Shown here: in pieces, positions 28,903 through 37,375 of the stretch
Numbering within the stretch: position 1 is the first letter of the stretch
How the letters are laid out: every line of letters starts with the position of its first letter
Assembly (NCBI GenBank): GCA_003134375.1
Contig: PLAY01000182.1
Span: forward strand, 1 to 58,620
Length of the DNA: 58,620 nt
Origin: Limisphaerales bacterium
GTDB taxonomy: Bacteria > Verrucomicrobiota > Verrucomicrobiia > Limisphaerales > UBA11358
Direction of reading: 5' to 3'
Notes under the pieces: model-generated
Database searches by the model: none
What the model was told of the DNA's origin: nothing
What the model saw: the letters and a program-made list of their open reading frames with translations, nothing else
Made by a program: the position numbers and the translations under genes

Positions 28903-30861
28903 TTATTGGTAGCCTGCCGCGCTCCAGTTCGACCCGTGAAGTGCAGCGGGCGCTTGCGGTCCAAGTTCATGGAGGAACTGACAAGCGACCGTGTTGCCGT
29001 GTTGCGCGTTGCCACCTCGAAGCACCGCTCCAATCTGGTGGGACATAGCGCGGGGAATACTCGCGACGGAAGACACCACCAATACCTCCTTTGCTCGCGT
29101 GAGTGCGACGTAGAAAACACGCCTTTGCTCCTGAAGGTGCGCGGCCTGCTCTGCTGGCGGAAGGTCATTGTCCACAAAAGGAATCAGGCCGTGAATACAG
29201 CCGACAATGATGGTGACTCGGCTGGTCAAGCCCTTCGACTTGTGCAGGCTCATTATCCTTACGAAGTCACCTTCGGCGGGCATTTCTGGCTGTGTAATTT
29301 CAGTCCGGAGCAAATCAAGCAAGCCTTCAGCATCCTCAATAGCGTCAACCTTGCCGGTCACCAATTCCCGGATTGGGTCGGCCCACGCAGCACCGGTGGG
29401 GAACAGGTCGCCAAACAGGTCGGTGATACCAAGTTGGTTTAGGCGGTTCACCTCGGTTTGCAAATCTTGGTAACGGGTTGTGAGTTGATTCACGCTATCC
29501 AATTGAAGCTGTCCTGCCGCGACTTGAGCCAAAACCTCGGCGGGCGCGCGGCCGTCCTGCTCGCAGTGGTCACGCAAGGTCGCATACTGACCGCGACGCC
29601 ACGAAGGGCTTCCGATTCCTAGCCAGTAACGCAAGGCCACGCGGTCCTCGGGATCACTCAGGAGCTGGAGCTTGGTCATCGCGACTTGCGCCTCTTCAGG
29701 CACAAGGAGCTTGTCATTGTAAAAGCTGTGGGCAGTAATGCCGAAACCAGGGGCTGCCAAACGACGCTTGATTTCGTTGGCGATTAGCCGACGCGGTGAG
29801 AGCACAAGAATTTCTCCGGCAGTAAATCCTCGCTGAGTCACCAAGTGTTGAATGAAAGCAGCAATTCCGTCGGCCTCGGCGTTCAATGTCGGCCACTGGA
29901 CAACGCGAACCGTGGCCGGTCCAGGTTGTGGTTGCAGTGGGACGAGCCGGTGGTCAGTTCCCGGCGGATAGTTGCCCCGAATCACATTGTCCGACACCGT
30001 GACGATAAGTTCCCGACACCGCCAACACTCGTCGAGTTCATGGTCTTCTACGTTTTGGTGGCGATTGCCGAAATCTGTGATGCCTTCAGGATGAGCGTAG
30101 CGGAAGCGGTAGATTGATTGGTCAACATCTCCCACGATGGACAGATTCTTGCCCGCCGCCATGACGTCGATGAGTTCCTGTTCCGCTCGATTCAAGTCCT
30201 GATACTCATCGACCACGATGTGGTCGTATTGCTGCAAAGCAGGACTCGCGGGGTTGTCGCGTAAATACCGCAGGGCTTCGGGCACAAGCTCGCCAATGAG
30301 CATCCCCCGGTGAAATTGTAGCCAGTTGGTGAGCATGATGTGAAATTGCTGGTCGATTGGGTCAATTGGCCAGCCTGGCTGCTGGTGCTGCATCCGCGCC
30401 CAGTCGGCTTCAAACGCACGGATTCGCCGAGTCATCTCCCTTCGCGCGCCAAAGTTCCCAAGCGGCTGGAGGTCGGCGAGCAAAGGTTCGACTTCATAGC
30501 CGCTAACACCCTTGTTGTTAAAAGTGATTAGCCCTCGCGGAACGCGGCTAAGAAAGGCAAACACGTCGTTTCTCAGGAGAAGTTTGAAGCAGAAGGAATG
30601 CACCGTTCCTGCGGAGATGTCATCGCACCCCGGAACACCCATATTTTGAAGTTCGCGTTCGAGGTCGCGGGCTGCTGTGCGCGTGAAAGTAACGGCAAGG
30701 ATTCGTTCGGGGTCAATGCCATCAACCTCAATCAGTCGGGCAATGCGGCGCTTCATCGCGAAGCTTTTTCCCGTCCCTGGTCCGGCCATCACACGGATAC
30801 GCGGTGACGTGGATTCCGCAATTTGCAGATGCGCTCCTGTGAGGTCAGTGTTCCAACTCAT
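28903..30861 (-). CDS. UvrD/Rep superfamily I helicase; likely start ATG 30861
   Basis: AGPGTGKS, VDEYQD, VGDVDQSIYRFR, HKSKGL, YVALTRA; ATGA overlap with the upstream gene. Confidence 0.9.
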   Translation of the reverse strand: MSWNTDLTGAHLQIAESTSPRIRVMAGPGTGKSFAMKRRIARLIEVDGIDPERILAVTFTRTAARDLERELQNMGVPGCDDISAGTVHSFCFKLLLRNDVFAFLSRVPRGLITFNNKGVSGYEVEPLLADLQPLGNFGARREMTRRIRAFEADWARMQHQQPGWPIDPIDQQFHIMLTNWLQFHRGMLIGELVPEALRYLRDNPASPALQQYDHIVVDEYQDLNRAEQELIDVMAAGKNLSIVGDVDQSIYRFRYAHPEGITDFGNRHQNVEDHELDECWRCRELIVTVSDNVIRGNYPPGTDHRLVPLQPQPGPATVRVVQWPTLNAEADGIAAFIQHLVTQRGFTAGEILVLSPRRLIANEIKRRLAAPGFGITAHSFYNDKLLVPEEAQVAMTKLQLLSDPEDRVALRYWLGIGSPSWRRGQYATLRDHCEQDGRAPAEVLAQVAAGQLQLDSVNQLTTRYQDLQTEVNRLNQLGITDLFGDLFPTGAAWADPIRELVTGKVDAIEDAEGLLDLLRTEITQPEMPAEGDFVRIMSLHKSKGLTSRVTIIVGCIHGLIPFVDNDLPPAEQAAHLQEQRRVFYVALTRAKEVLVVSSVASIPRAMSHQIGAVLRGGNAQHGNTVACQFLHELGPQAPAALHGSNWSAAGYQ

Positions 30862-31679
30862 AATAATTCCAATCCCTTCGCCAGCTTGTGCCACGGGCCT
30901 TTCTTGCGTTCGCGGAGCTTGGCAATGAGTCGCACTTTGGTGACGGGGTCGAGTTGCTCCACGTCCTCGATGGTGCAGACGGCGAGGTCTGCGGGATAGC
31001 ACGAGAGCGAGCGGGTGTCGTCCCATGCGATGTGCTCCAGCCTTTCCCGAATGGGCAAACCGCGAAGCTCGACGAGCAATTTCTCCCGTGCCGATGCTCG
31101 GGCGTGCTGAATCTCTGCTTGTTCGGCATTCAGTCGAGCGGCCACCGCATTCTGGATTTGCCGCCGGTGCTCGCCTTCTGGTTTCTGGTTCGCCATGTCT
31201 TCCGCCACGCGGCGTTGGCGTCCCCACTCATCGGCGCACCAGCGGTCGAGTGCTTCGCGGCATTCCGCCCACGAACCGGCTGTTCGTTTGGTGCCCTCGA
31301 AGGCGTGCCGAATCTTCCGCATCGGGAACGGGATGTAGTCATTGTCGCTGTGGTCCACAATCCACGCGGCCAGCTCCATCGCCCCGACACGGTCGCAGTC
31401 CTCCATTGTCCGGTAGGCGCTCTTGATAGCGGATGCCGAACCGCCTGACTTCGTCAACCGCGCTGCCTCAAGGTGAACTACCGCCCGGACCACGGCGCAC
31501 GCATCGGCCCACGGAATATCCCGCAGCCACTCGAAATCCTGGAACGGATGAATGCTGGCGACGAAGGCGTTCGCTTTCAGTGCGCCCAGAAGTTCGCCGA
31601 GCCTTGCCTCGCCATCGGCGCATTGGCCCAAAGCAATGAGCTTTTCCAAAGTCAGCTGGTCTGGTCGTTGGCTGCTCAT
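30858..31679 (-). CDS. Hypothetical helical protein, 273 aa
   Basis: ATGA overlaps at both ends; no recognised motif. Confidence 0.7.
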   Translation of the reverse strand: MSSQRPDQLTLEKLIALGQCADGEARLGELLGALKANAFVASIHPFQDFEWLRDIPWADACAVVRAVVHLEAARLTKSGGSASAIKSAYRTMEDCDRVGAMELAAWIVDHSDNDYIPFPMRKIRHAFEGTKRTAGSWAECREALDRWCADEWGRQRRVAEDMANQKPEGEHRRQIQNAVAARLNAEQAEIQHARASAREKLLVELRGLPIRERLEHIAWDDTRSLSCYPADLAVCTIEDVEQLDPVTKVRLIAKLRERKKGPWHKLAKGLELL

Positions 31680-32473
31680 TTCGTTTCCCGGTGCGTCTCG
31701 AAAAGGAAGACGGCCAGCGTGGAAGCCGCGCCGACTGCCAGCTTTGCGTGCCGCGCACTAAGGCCCTTGGAACTTCCATCCTTGCCGTGGCCCGTCCCAT
31801 AAAGGCCACGTAGCTCTGCGAGTCCGTTGCCAATTGTTCCGAGATTGCTCAAGAGCCGCTTTATTACGTCCGCACCGCGCGCCGCCTCCGGGATACCTTC
31901 CGGGACAAGTTTCAATTCCCTCAGCGTTTCCTTTGTGAGCGTTGATACATCAGGCGTTCCGGTCACGGGCTTGCCGCGCTCGGCGAGGATTGTCTTGCAG
32001 CATGTCTCGATGAGTTCCTTGGCAGTTCCGATGGCGAGACTTGGGTCGCTCTCTACGGACGCCTCCAACCGCCGAATCTGCTCGGCGAGATGATTCGCGT
32101 TCAGAACTTTTGCGTGTTCTTTGAGCGGGCTAAGGCTCGGCCCGCCAGCAAGAAGCCCAGTTGCAATGTGTCGGCATTTCTCGGCACGAGCTTTTGCTTC
32201 GGCGTCCGGCGTGAGGTTGAGAGTTGCCTCGTAATCGACCAAAGCAAGGATGAGCTTCCCCACCATGTAATCGGACTCGATCTTCCAAAATGTGCGGACC
32301 TTGTTGGCTTTGGAAGTTCCTCCCGCTGTGTATTTCTCGTGATGAATGTCCCGGTCAACAGCCTCGAAAACAAACTCTCCGAAAGTGCGGTCGGAAAATT
32401 TGAGAACGTAGCCGCCCTCCATTTGGAAGTGCTTTTCGAGAATGCGCCGGTCTGTCATTGAGAGAGCGCTCAT
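31676..32473 (-). CDS. Abortive infection family protein (AbiJ-like N-terminus, Abi_C domain)
   Basis: MEGGYVLKFSDRTF, SKANKVRTFW, DPSLAIGTAKELIETCCKTIL, ELRGLYGTGHG. Confidence 0.85.
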   Translation of the reverse strand: MSALSMTDRRILEKHFQMEGGYVLKFSDRTFGEFVFEAVDRDIHHEKYTAGGTSKANKVRTFWKIESDYMVGKLILALVDYEATLNLTPDAEAKARAEKCRHIATGLLAGGPSLSPLKEHAKVLNANHLAEQIRRLEASVESDPSLAIGTAKELIETCCKTILAERGKPVTGTPDVSTLTKETLRELKLVPEGIPEAARGADVIKRLLSNLGTIGNGLAELRGLYGTGHGKDGSSKGLSARHAKLAVGAASTLAVFLFETHRETK

Positions 32474-32610
32474 GCGGCCTCCGTTTCGAGTTTCACCTGT
32501 CCCGTCAGCAGACGTGGCAGCAGCAGGTCGCGCGTCCGGCGGCGTCCCAGAGGCGTGTTCACGACCGTCTCCGTGGCGGCATCATTTTCCGTTGAGGCAA
32601 ACCGTTGCAT
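32470..32610 (-). pseudogene. Fused remnant of hsdM 5' end and hsdS 3' end (type I RM deletion scar)
   Basis: MQRFASTENDAATET.. then RLWDAA in a shifted frame (HsdM-like start), joined over cgccg to RRTRDLLLPRLLTGQVKL (typical HsdS C-terminus). Confidence 0.6.
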
Positions 32611-32794
32611 AATCTGTATATCAGGCGCGCGTTGCGCGGAAGGGTATCTCAAAGCGTTCCACTGGCAAAGCAAAGAAGGAATGTGTCGGCGACACAGAAT
32701 TCCTCGTGTCACCCACGCAAAATGAGAAAGATCAACTCATGCCGCAATTCGAGCGTTACATCGCCATTTGATATAGTTTGCCCGGATACGCCGC

Positions 32795-33036
32795 CGTGAC
32801 CAACGCACGGTTTGCTACGCTTCACGGGCTGCCCGTCGCCCCATCCCCTCTCGACGACGCCCGTTCCGCTTCTCAAACCATGCGCTCGTCACGAGCGGGC
32901 ATCCGCAAAGTGCCGTCATGAGCGGCGGGCTTCCGTCTGTGGCTCGGCGGCGGGGTTGCGCTCCGGCTACGATTCGCCAAACGCATCTCTCCGCGCTCCG
33001 CTCCACTTTCCACGCTCACCGACCACAGACCGAAGC
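32795..33036. repeat. Structured inter-cassette repeat, copy R2 (full length)
   Basis: cgtgaccaacgcacggtttg...gtcacg, then gcttccgtctgtgg...ccacagaccgaagc. Confidence 0.9.
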
Positions 33037-33077
33037 TAAAGTCCGAACTCAATGTGGGGTGAAAATTGGCTTGATGT

Positions 33078-33107
33078 TGTCACAAAAACTAGGCAGTGTT
33101 TGTGACA
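33078..33107. promoter_or_regulatory. Inverted-repeat operator upstream of the AbiEi-like gene
   Basis: TGTCACAAA-12 nt-TTTGTGACA ending 8 nt before the ATG. AbiEi proteins are known to autorepress through promoter inverted repeats. Confidence 0.7.
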
Positions 33108-33114
33108 GTAATGA

Positions 33115-33726
33115 ATGAAAACACCAGCCCAACCCGTTGACGTTTCGATACTCCGGTTCATGCGGTCAAACCGGGGCGCTTCAGTATTCTCGCCCAGGAA
33201 CTTTGACGGATTGGGCAGCCCAGACGCCATCAGGCAGACGCTAAGCCGGCTGGTTAAAGCGGGCAAAATTCGCCGGATTCGCCGAGGACTCTATGATTTG
33301 CCGCGCCAGCATCCCATCATCGGCCAGACCGCGCCGGACATCATGGCAACCGTCCGCGCGTTGATGGAAGGCAGTCACGCGCAGTGGCAGTTCACCGGCG
33401 CTTACGCAGCAAACGCACTTGGCTTGTCGGACCAGGTGCCGGCCAAGATTGTCATCCTCACGGACGGCGCCCCGCGCCGGGTATCATTGGGGAAGTTGAC
33501 ACTCTTGTTCCACCGCGCCTCGCCGCGCAATCTGTTCGGAGCAGGCAAGCCAGCAGGCTTAGTCATTCAAGCGATTCGCCATCTACGAAATGACCCGGAC
33601 ATTTCCCGGCACATCGTGCGATTAAGAAAACGGTTGGACACAAAGACAAAATCAGATTTGAAATCGTTCGTGCCAAAAACGCCCGTGTGGATGCGGCCCA
33701 TCTTGCAGCAGATCATTCAGGACTAA
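33115..33726 (+). CDS. AbiEi/DUF6088-family wHTH transcriptional regulator (type IV TA antitoxin-like)
   Basis: AIRQTLSRLVKAGKIRRIRRGLY, GAYAANALGLSDQVP. Confidence 0.85.
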   Translation: MKTPAQPVDVSILRFMRSNRGASVFSPRNFDGLGSPDAIRQTLSRLVKAGKIRRIRRGLYDLPRQHPIIGQTAPDIMATVRALMEGSHAQWQFTGAYAANALGLSDQVPAKIVILTDGAPRRVSLGKLTLLFHRASPRNLFGAGKPAGLVIQAIRHLRNDPDISRHIVRLRKRLDTKTKSDLKSFVPKTPVWMRPILQQIIQD

Positions 33727-33729
33727 TAT

Positions 33730-36108
33730 ATGAACCCCCTCGAAAAACTTCGCACCGCCGCCAACGCCAAGCCGGGCACGCGGGTCATCGGCATTGATCT
33801 TGGCACGACCAACTCCACAGTCGCCCAAGTGCGGTTGCCGTTGCCCGAAAGTTCCTCCGCCGAGTTCGCGTGCGAGTGCGTGCCGCTGGAGCAGGCCACA
33901 CAAATGAGCCCGTTCACCGGCGCGCTCGTTCCTTCAGTCGTGGCCATCGACAAGGCCGGCAAGGTCTGGATCGGTGAAGGCGCAAAACGGATGCGAGCCG
34001 AGCCACAGAAGCACGGACTGAGCCTGGAAAAAAACCTGTTCTACGAAACCAAGAACGACATGGGCCTGCAAAAGCGGTATCACCGGGCCGCCGAGGATTA
34101 CGATCATGCCCGCAAGATTGCGGGCCATCTCCTCAAGTTCCTGATGAACGGCGCGCGCCAGGCGACCGGTTCACCTCCCGGTCGCACTGTGGTCACCGTC
34201 CCCGCCTCGTTCCAGATCAATCAACGGGCGGACACGCTCGCCGCCGCCAAGCTTGGCGGACTTGTCCTCTCGGACTTCGACCTCCTCGATGAACCCGTGG
34301 CGGCACTTACGGATTATCTTTTCACCTACGCTGGCGCGGAGGTTTGGGACAAGCCGCAGAATGTTGTCGTGTTCGATTTCGGCGGCGGCACGTGCGATGT
34401 GTTTGTGGCCCGTCTTTCCCCTGCCGCCACCGGCGCGGCCTTTGCCATCGAGACTCGCTCCGTCTCCCGCTATCACCGGCTCGGCGGTGGCGATTTTGAT
34501 GCAGCCATCATTCACAACGTGTTGCTCCCGCAGTTGCTCAAGGAGAACGAACTAACGGCGCGTCACTTTGAGTGGACTGACCGCAAGAAAATCATTGAAC
34601 CCGCATTGCGTGGCTGCGCCGAGGCACTCAAGGAAGGTCTTTGCCGCGAAATCTCGCAACTTCACTTGCACGGTCTTTACGAGAGCGCCGACAAGACCCA
34701 GATTGTAGCCCGGCAAGCTCCGACGAAGGTAACCGTCGGCGGCAGGGACTACCTGCTCGCCCATCCCGAACTCAGCGCGGCCCAATGGGAGGAAATCCTG
34801 AAGCCGTTTCTGGATCTGGAAATGATGCACGCCCGCGAAACGGACTACGTGCTGGCGCTTTCCATCTTCGCACCGCTCACCGACGCACTCGACCGCGCGA
34901 AACTGCGGACGAAAGACGTGGACATAGTGTTGCTCGCCGGTGGCAGTTCGCTCGTGCCGCAAGTCCAGTGGGCCATTGACAAATTCTTTGCGCAGAGCCG
35001 CGTGATCCGTTTCCCGGACAGCACCGCAGCGCAGACCGCCATCGCCCGAGGCGCTGCGTGGACCGCCGCGTGGCTGGAGACGTTTCAGCAACCGTTGGTT
35101 TGCCCGGTCGTTTCTCAGACCATTGCACTCCGCGTCCAGGGACGCAACCCCATCCCGCTCGTTCAAGCGGGCACATCCATTCCTTATCCGCCCGATGGCG
35201 ATTTCAAAATGGTGACCGGTTTGGCCCTGCCCAAACCCTTCGGCGGCACGTTGCGGATCGAAGTCGTGACCTTGCCCGAGGAGCACGTCGTGTTAAACCT
35301 GCCCGTCGAGGTCGATCCCAGTGAAGCAGGGGAAGCACTGAATTTTGAGTTTCGGTTCAGCTCAGGTCGCTCCTTTGATTGCGCCGTCGCCCTACGCAAA
35401 CGCCCTGATGCACGAGTTAAAATCGCGGCGGAGAACCCGCTCATCAATGTTTCCAACCCTGGAGCGGTCCGTGTCGAGATCGAAGAAATCGAAGAGGATT
35501 TGCGCGACGCCGGCGGCCTCAGCGCCCGCCATCGCGACAAGCTAATGCGCCTGGCCGAACTTTACCGCGAACTCCGCATGCTGGAGAAGGCGGTCGAGGT
35601 GCTCAAGAGCGCTTCCCGCGCCGTCGGCCGCCCGGATGCCGAAATCCTAAATCGTCTCGGCATGTTCTACGATGAACTCGGCGACCTCAACCGGATGGAG
35701 GCGCACTACGCCGAAGGCGCGCGTGTGTCCGGCAATTGGGGCGGTCCATTGTTCAATTGGGCACTCCACCACAAGCGCCGCCGCAATTTTTCCGTCGCGC
35801 TCGAAAAAGTGGACGAGGGAATTGTGCGCGAGCCGGATTCCGCGCCCTATTACATCCTGCGGGCGCGCATTCTCGAAGGCTTGGGCCAGACGACCGCTGC
35901 CAAGGAAGCAGCGCAAGAGGGCTTTCGTCGCTTCCCACCCATCGAGATTCAAAGTCCCTGGCAATTGGGCTGGTATGAAGACGCGGCTGAGTTCCTTGGA
36001 CGTGCCGACGACGTTAAATCGGCACGCAAAGCTCGCGAACGTGTGCGCGGCCAAAGCAAGACCACCAAGGCCGGTGAGAACGATCTCCCGGTCCTTTCTC
36101 AACCGTAG
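33730..36108 (+). CDS. Atypical Hsp70-family ATPase with C-terminal TPR repeats
   Basis: GIDLGTTNS, VTVPASF, DEPVAA, VFDFGGGTCD, RLGGGDFD, LAGGSS; TPR-like AEILNRLGMFYDELG. Confidence 0.85.
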   Translation: MNPLEKLRTAANAKPGTRVIGIDLGTTNSTVAQVRLPLPESSSAEFACECVPLEQATQMSPFTGALVPSVVAIDKAGKVWIGEGAKRMRAEPQKHGLSLEKNLFYETKNDMGLQKRYHRAAEDYDHARKIAGHLLKFLMNGARQATGSPPGRTVVTVPASFQINQRADTLAAAKLGGLVLSDFDLLDEPVAALTDYLFTYAGAEVWDKPQNVVVFDFGGGTCDVFVARLSPAATGAAFAIETRSVSRYHRLGGGDFDAAIIHNVLLPQLLKENELTARHFEWTDRKKIIEPALRGCAEALKEGLCREISQLHLHGLYESADKTQIVARQAPTKVTVGGRDYLLAHPELSAAQWEEILKPFLDLEMMHARETDYVLALSIFAPLTDALDRAKLRTKDVDIVLLAGGSSLVPQVQWAIDKFFAQSRVIRFPDSTAAQTAIARGAAWTAAWLETFQQPLVCPVVSQTIALRVQGRNPIPLVQAGTSIPYPPDGDFKMVTGLALPKPFGGTLRIEVVTLPEEHVVLNLPVEVDPSEAGEALNFEFRFSSGRSFDCAVALRKRPDARVKIAAENPLINVSNPGAVRVEIEEIEEDLRDAGGLSARHRDKLMRLAELYRELRMLEKAVEVLKSASRAVGRPDAEILNRLGMFYDELGDLNRMEAHYAEGARVSGNWGGPLFNWALHHKRRRNFSVALEKVDEGIVREPDSAPYYILRARILEGLGQTTAAKEAAQEGFRRFPPIEIQSPWQLGWYEDAAEFLGRADDVKSARKARERVRGQSKTTKAGENDLPVLSQP

Positions 36109-36121
36109 CCTAAACAACGCC

Positions 36122-37375
36122 ATGCCATCTGTCCTCCATGACAGCCAACTGACTCGCGAGCAGCGCACCGTTGTCGAATTGCGCCCTGACCGCCATCACC
36201 TCGTCATGGGACCACCCGGCTCCGGTAAAACTCAGGTGTTGCTGCATCGCGCCCGCTGGCTGCGTCAGACCTACAAAATCCCACCCGAAGGTTTTTGCGT
36301 GCTCGTTTACACGAACGTGCTCACCTACTTTCTCCGCCAGTCTTTGGACTTCCTCGGTATTCCCAAGGAGAACGTGCGGACCTTCGATGATTGGTGCGCC
36401 GAATTGTGGGATCAATTTGTTCGCAAGCCCAAACCTCGCACGCTGCCGGATCGGCGCGGCAAGTCATTCATTGATTTTGCAGCCGTGCGGACGGGCGTGC
36501 TCCAGAGTCTTCAAGCCATTGCGACTTCGAGTGCGAGCGCCAACCAGCACAAACCCAGCCTCGATTTCGTGCTCGTGGATGAAGGGCAGGACTTGGATGC
36601 AACCGCCTACGGCATCCTCCGCATGGCCACAAAACACCTGACCGTTTTTGCCGACGCCCGGCAACAAATCTTCGAGGGCGGGGCTTCCGTGCAGGAAATG
36701 CAAAAGCATCTCAGCTTGACCGGCCAATCCGCTTCCCTCTTGCCCGCGTATCGCAATTCCCCGGACATCGCCAAACTCGCCTCCTATTTCGGCAACGCCT
36801 ACGACGGCCTCAACTATCTGGCCATGGAACGGCAGAAGCCCTGCCTCTACGTTGCGAACGATTGGGATGACGAGATGGACAAGCTCGCGGACGTTCTGCG
36901 CGAACGGCGGCTCCTGAATCACAAGTGCGGCATCATTGTCCCCACCAACCGCGACCTGTTCAGCGTCGCCAACAAACTTGGGGAACGCGGAGTTGAAGTT
37001 CACAAGGCCATCGCTGCCCGCCGGGGCGGCACGCCGCCGGACTTCGATTGCCTCACGCCGACGATCGCATCCTACCATAACGCCAAGGGACTCACCTTTG
37101 ATTGCGTCCTCATGCCCAAGTTGGTCGAAAACAACTTCCAGCGCGTGGAGGGGGAGCGTCGCCATCGCCTGCTCCTCGTCGGCATCACCCGGGCCACGCA
37201 ATGGGTTTATCTGAGCACCGTTCGCGGTTGGGAACTACGGGACTTGGACCTCTTCCGTCAGGCATCCGCCAACGGCGATTTGTTCATCAAGGAAAACGCC
37301 AACCCCGTCCCGGTTTCCGCCACCCCGACGGCCCCGGTTTCCGGCGACGACGACAACGACGCCTCGTTCCTATGA
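36122..37375 (+). CDS. Compact superfamily I DNA/RNA helicase; likely start ATG 36122
   Basis: GPPGSGKT, VDEGQD, YRNS, AKGLTFD, VGITRA. Confidence 0.85.
   Translation: MPSVLHDSQLTREQRTVVELRPDRHHLVMGPPGSGKTQVLLHRARWLRQTYKIPPEGFCVLVYTNVLTYFLRQSLDFLGIPKENVRTFDDWCAELWDQFVRKPKPRTLPDRRGKSFIDFAAVRTGVLQSLQAIATSSASANQHKPSLDFVLVDEGQDLDATAYGILRMATKHLTVFADARQQIFEGGASVQEMQKHLSLTGQSASLLPAYRNSPDIAKLASYFGNAYDGLNYLAMERQKPCLYVANDWDDEMDKLADVLRERRLLNHKCGIIVPTNRDLFSVANKLGERGVEVHKAIAARRGGTPPDFDCLTPTIASYHNAKGLTFDCVLMPKLVENNFQRVEGERRHRLLLVGITRATQWVYLSTVRGWELRDLDLFRQASANGDLFIKENANPVPVSATPTAPVSGDDDNDASFL

Noticed and set aside
30862-31227. N-terminal extension of UvrD in the ORF track
   Set aside because: Overlaps the 273-aa gene; the ATGA-coupled start at 30861 lies just before motif I.
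33730-36108. Housekeeping dnaK
   Set aside because: Divergent substrate-binding region, TPR tail, no dnaJ/grpE nearby, and a defence-island context.
35672-37371. Extended starts for the SF1 (35672) and SNF2 (37102) helicases
   Set aside because: The extensions overlap upstream genes and are not protein-like; 36122 and 37372 fit better.
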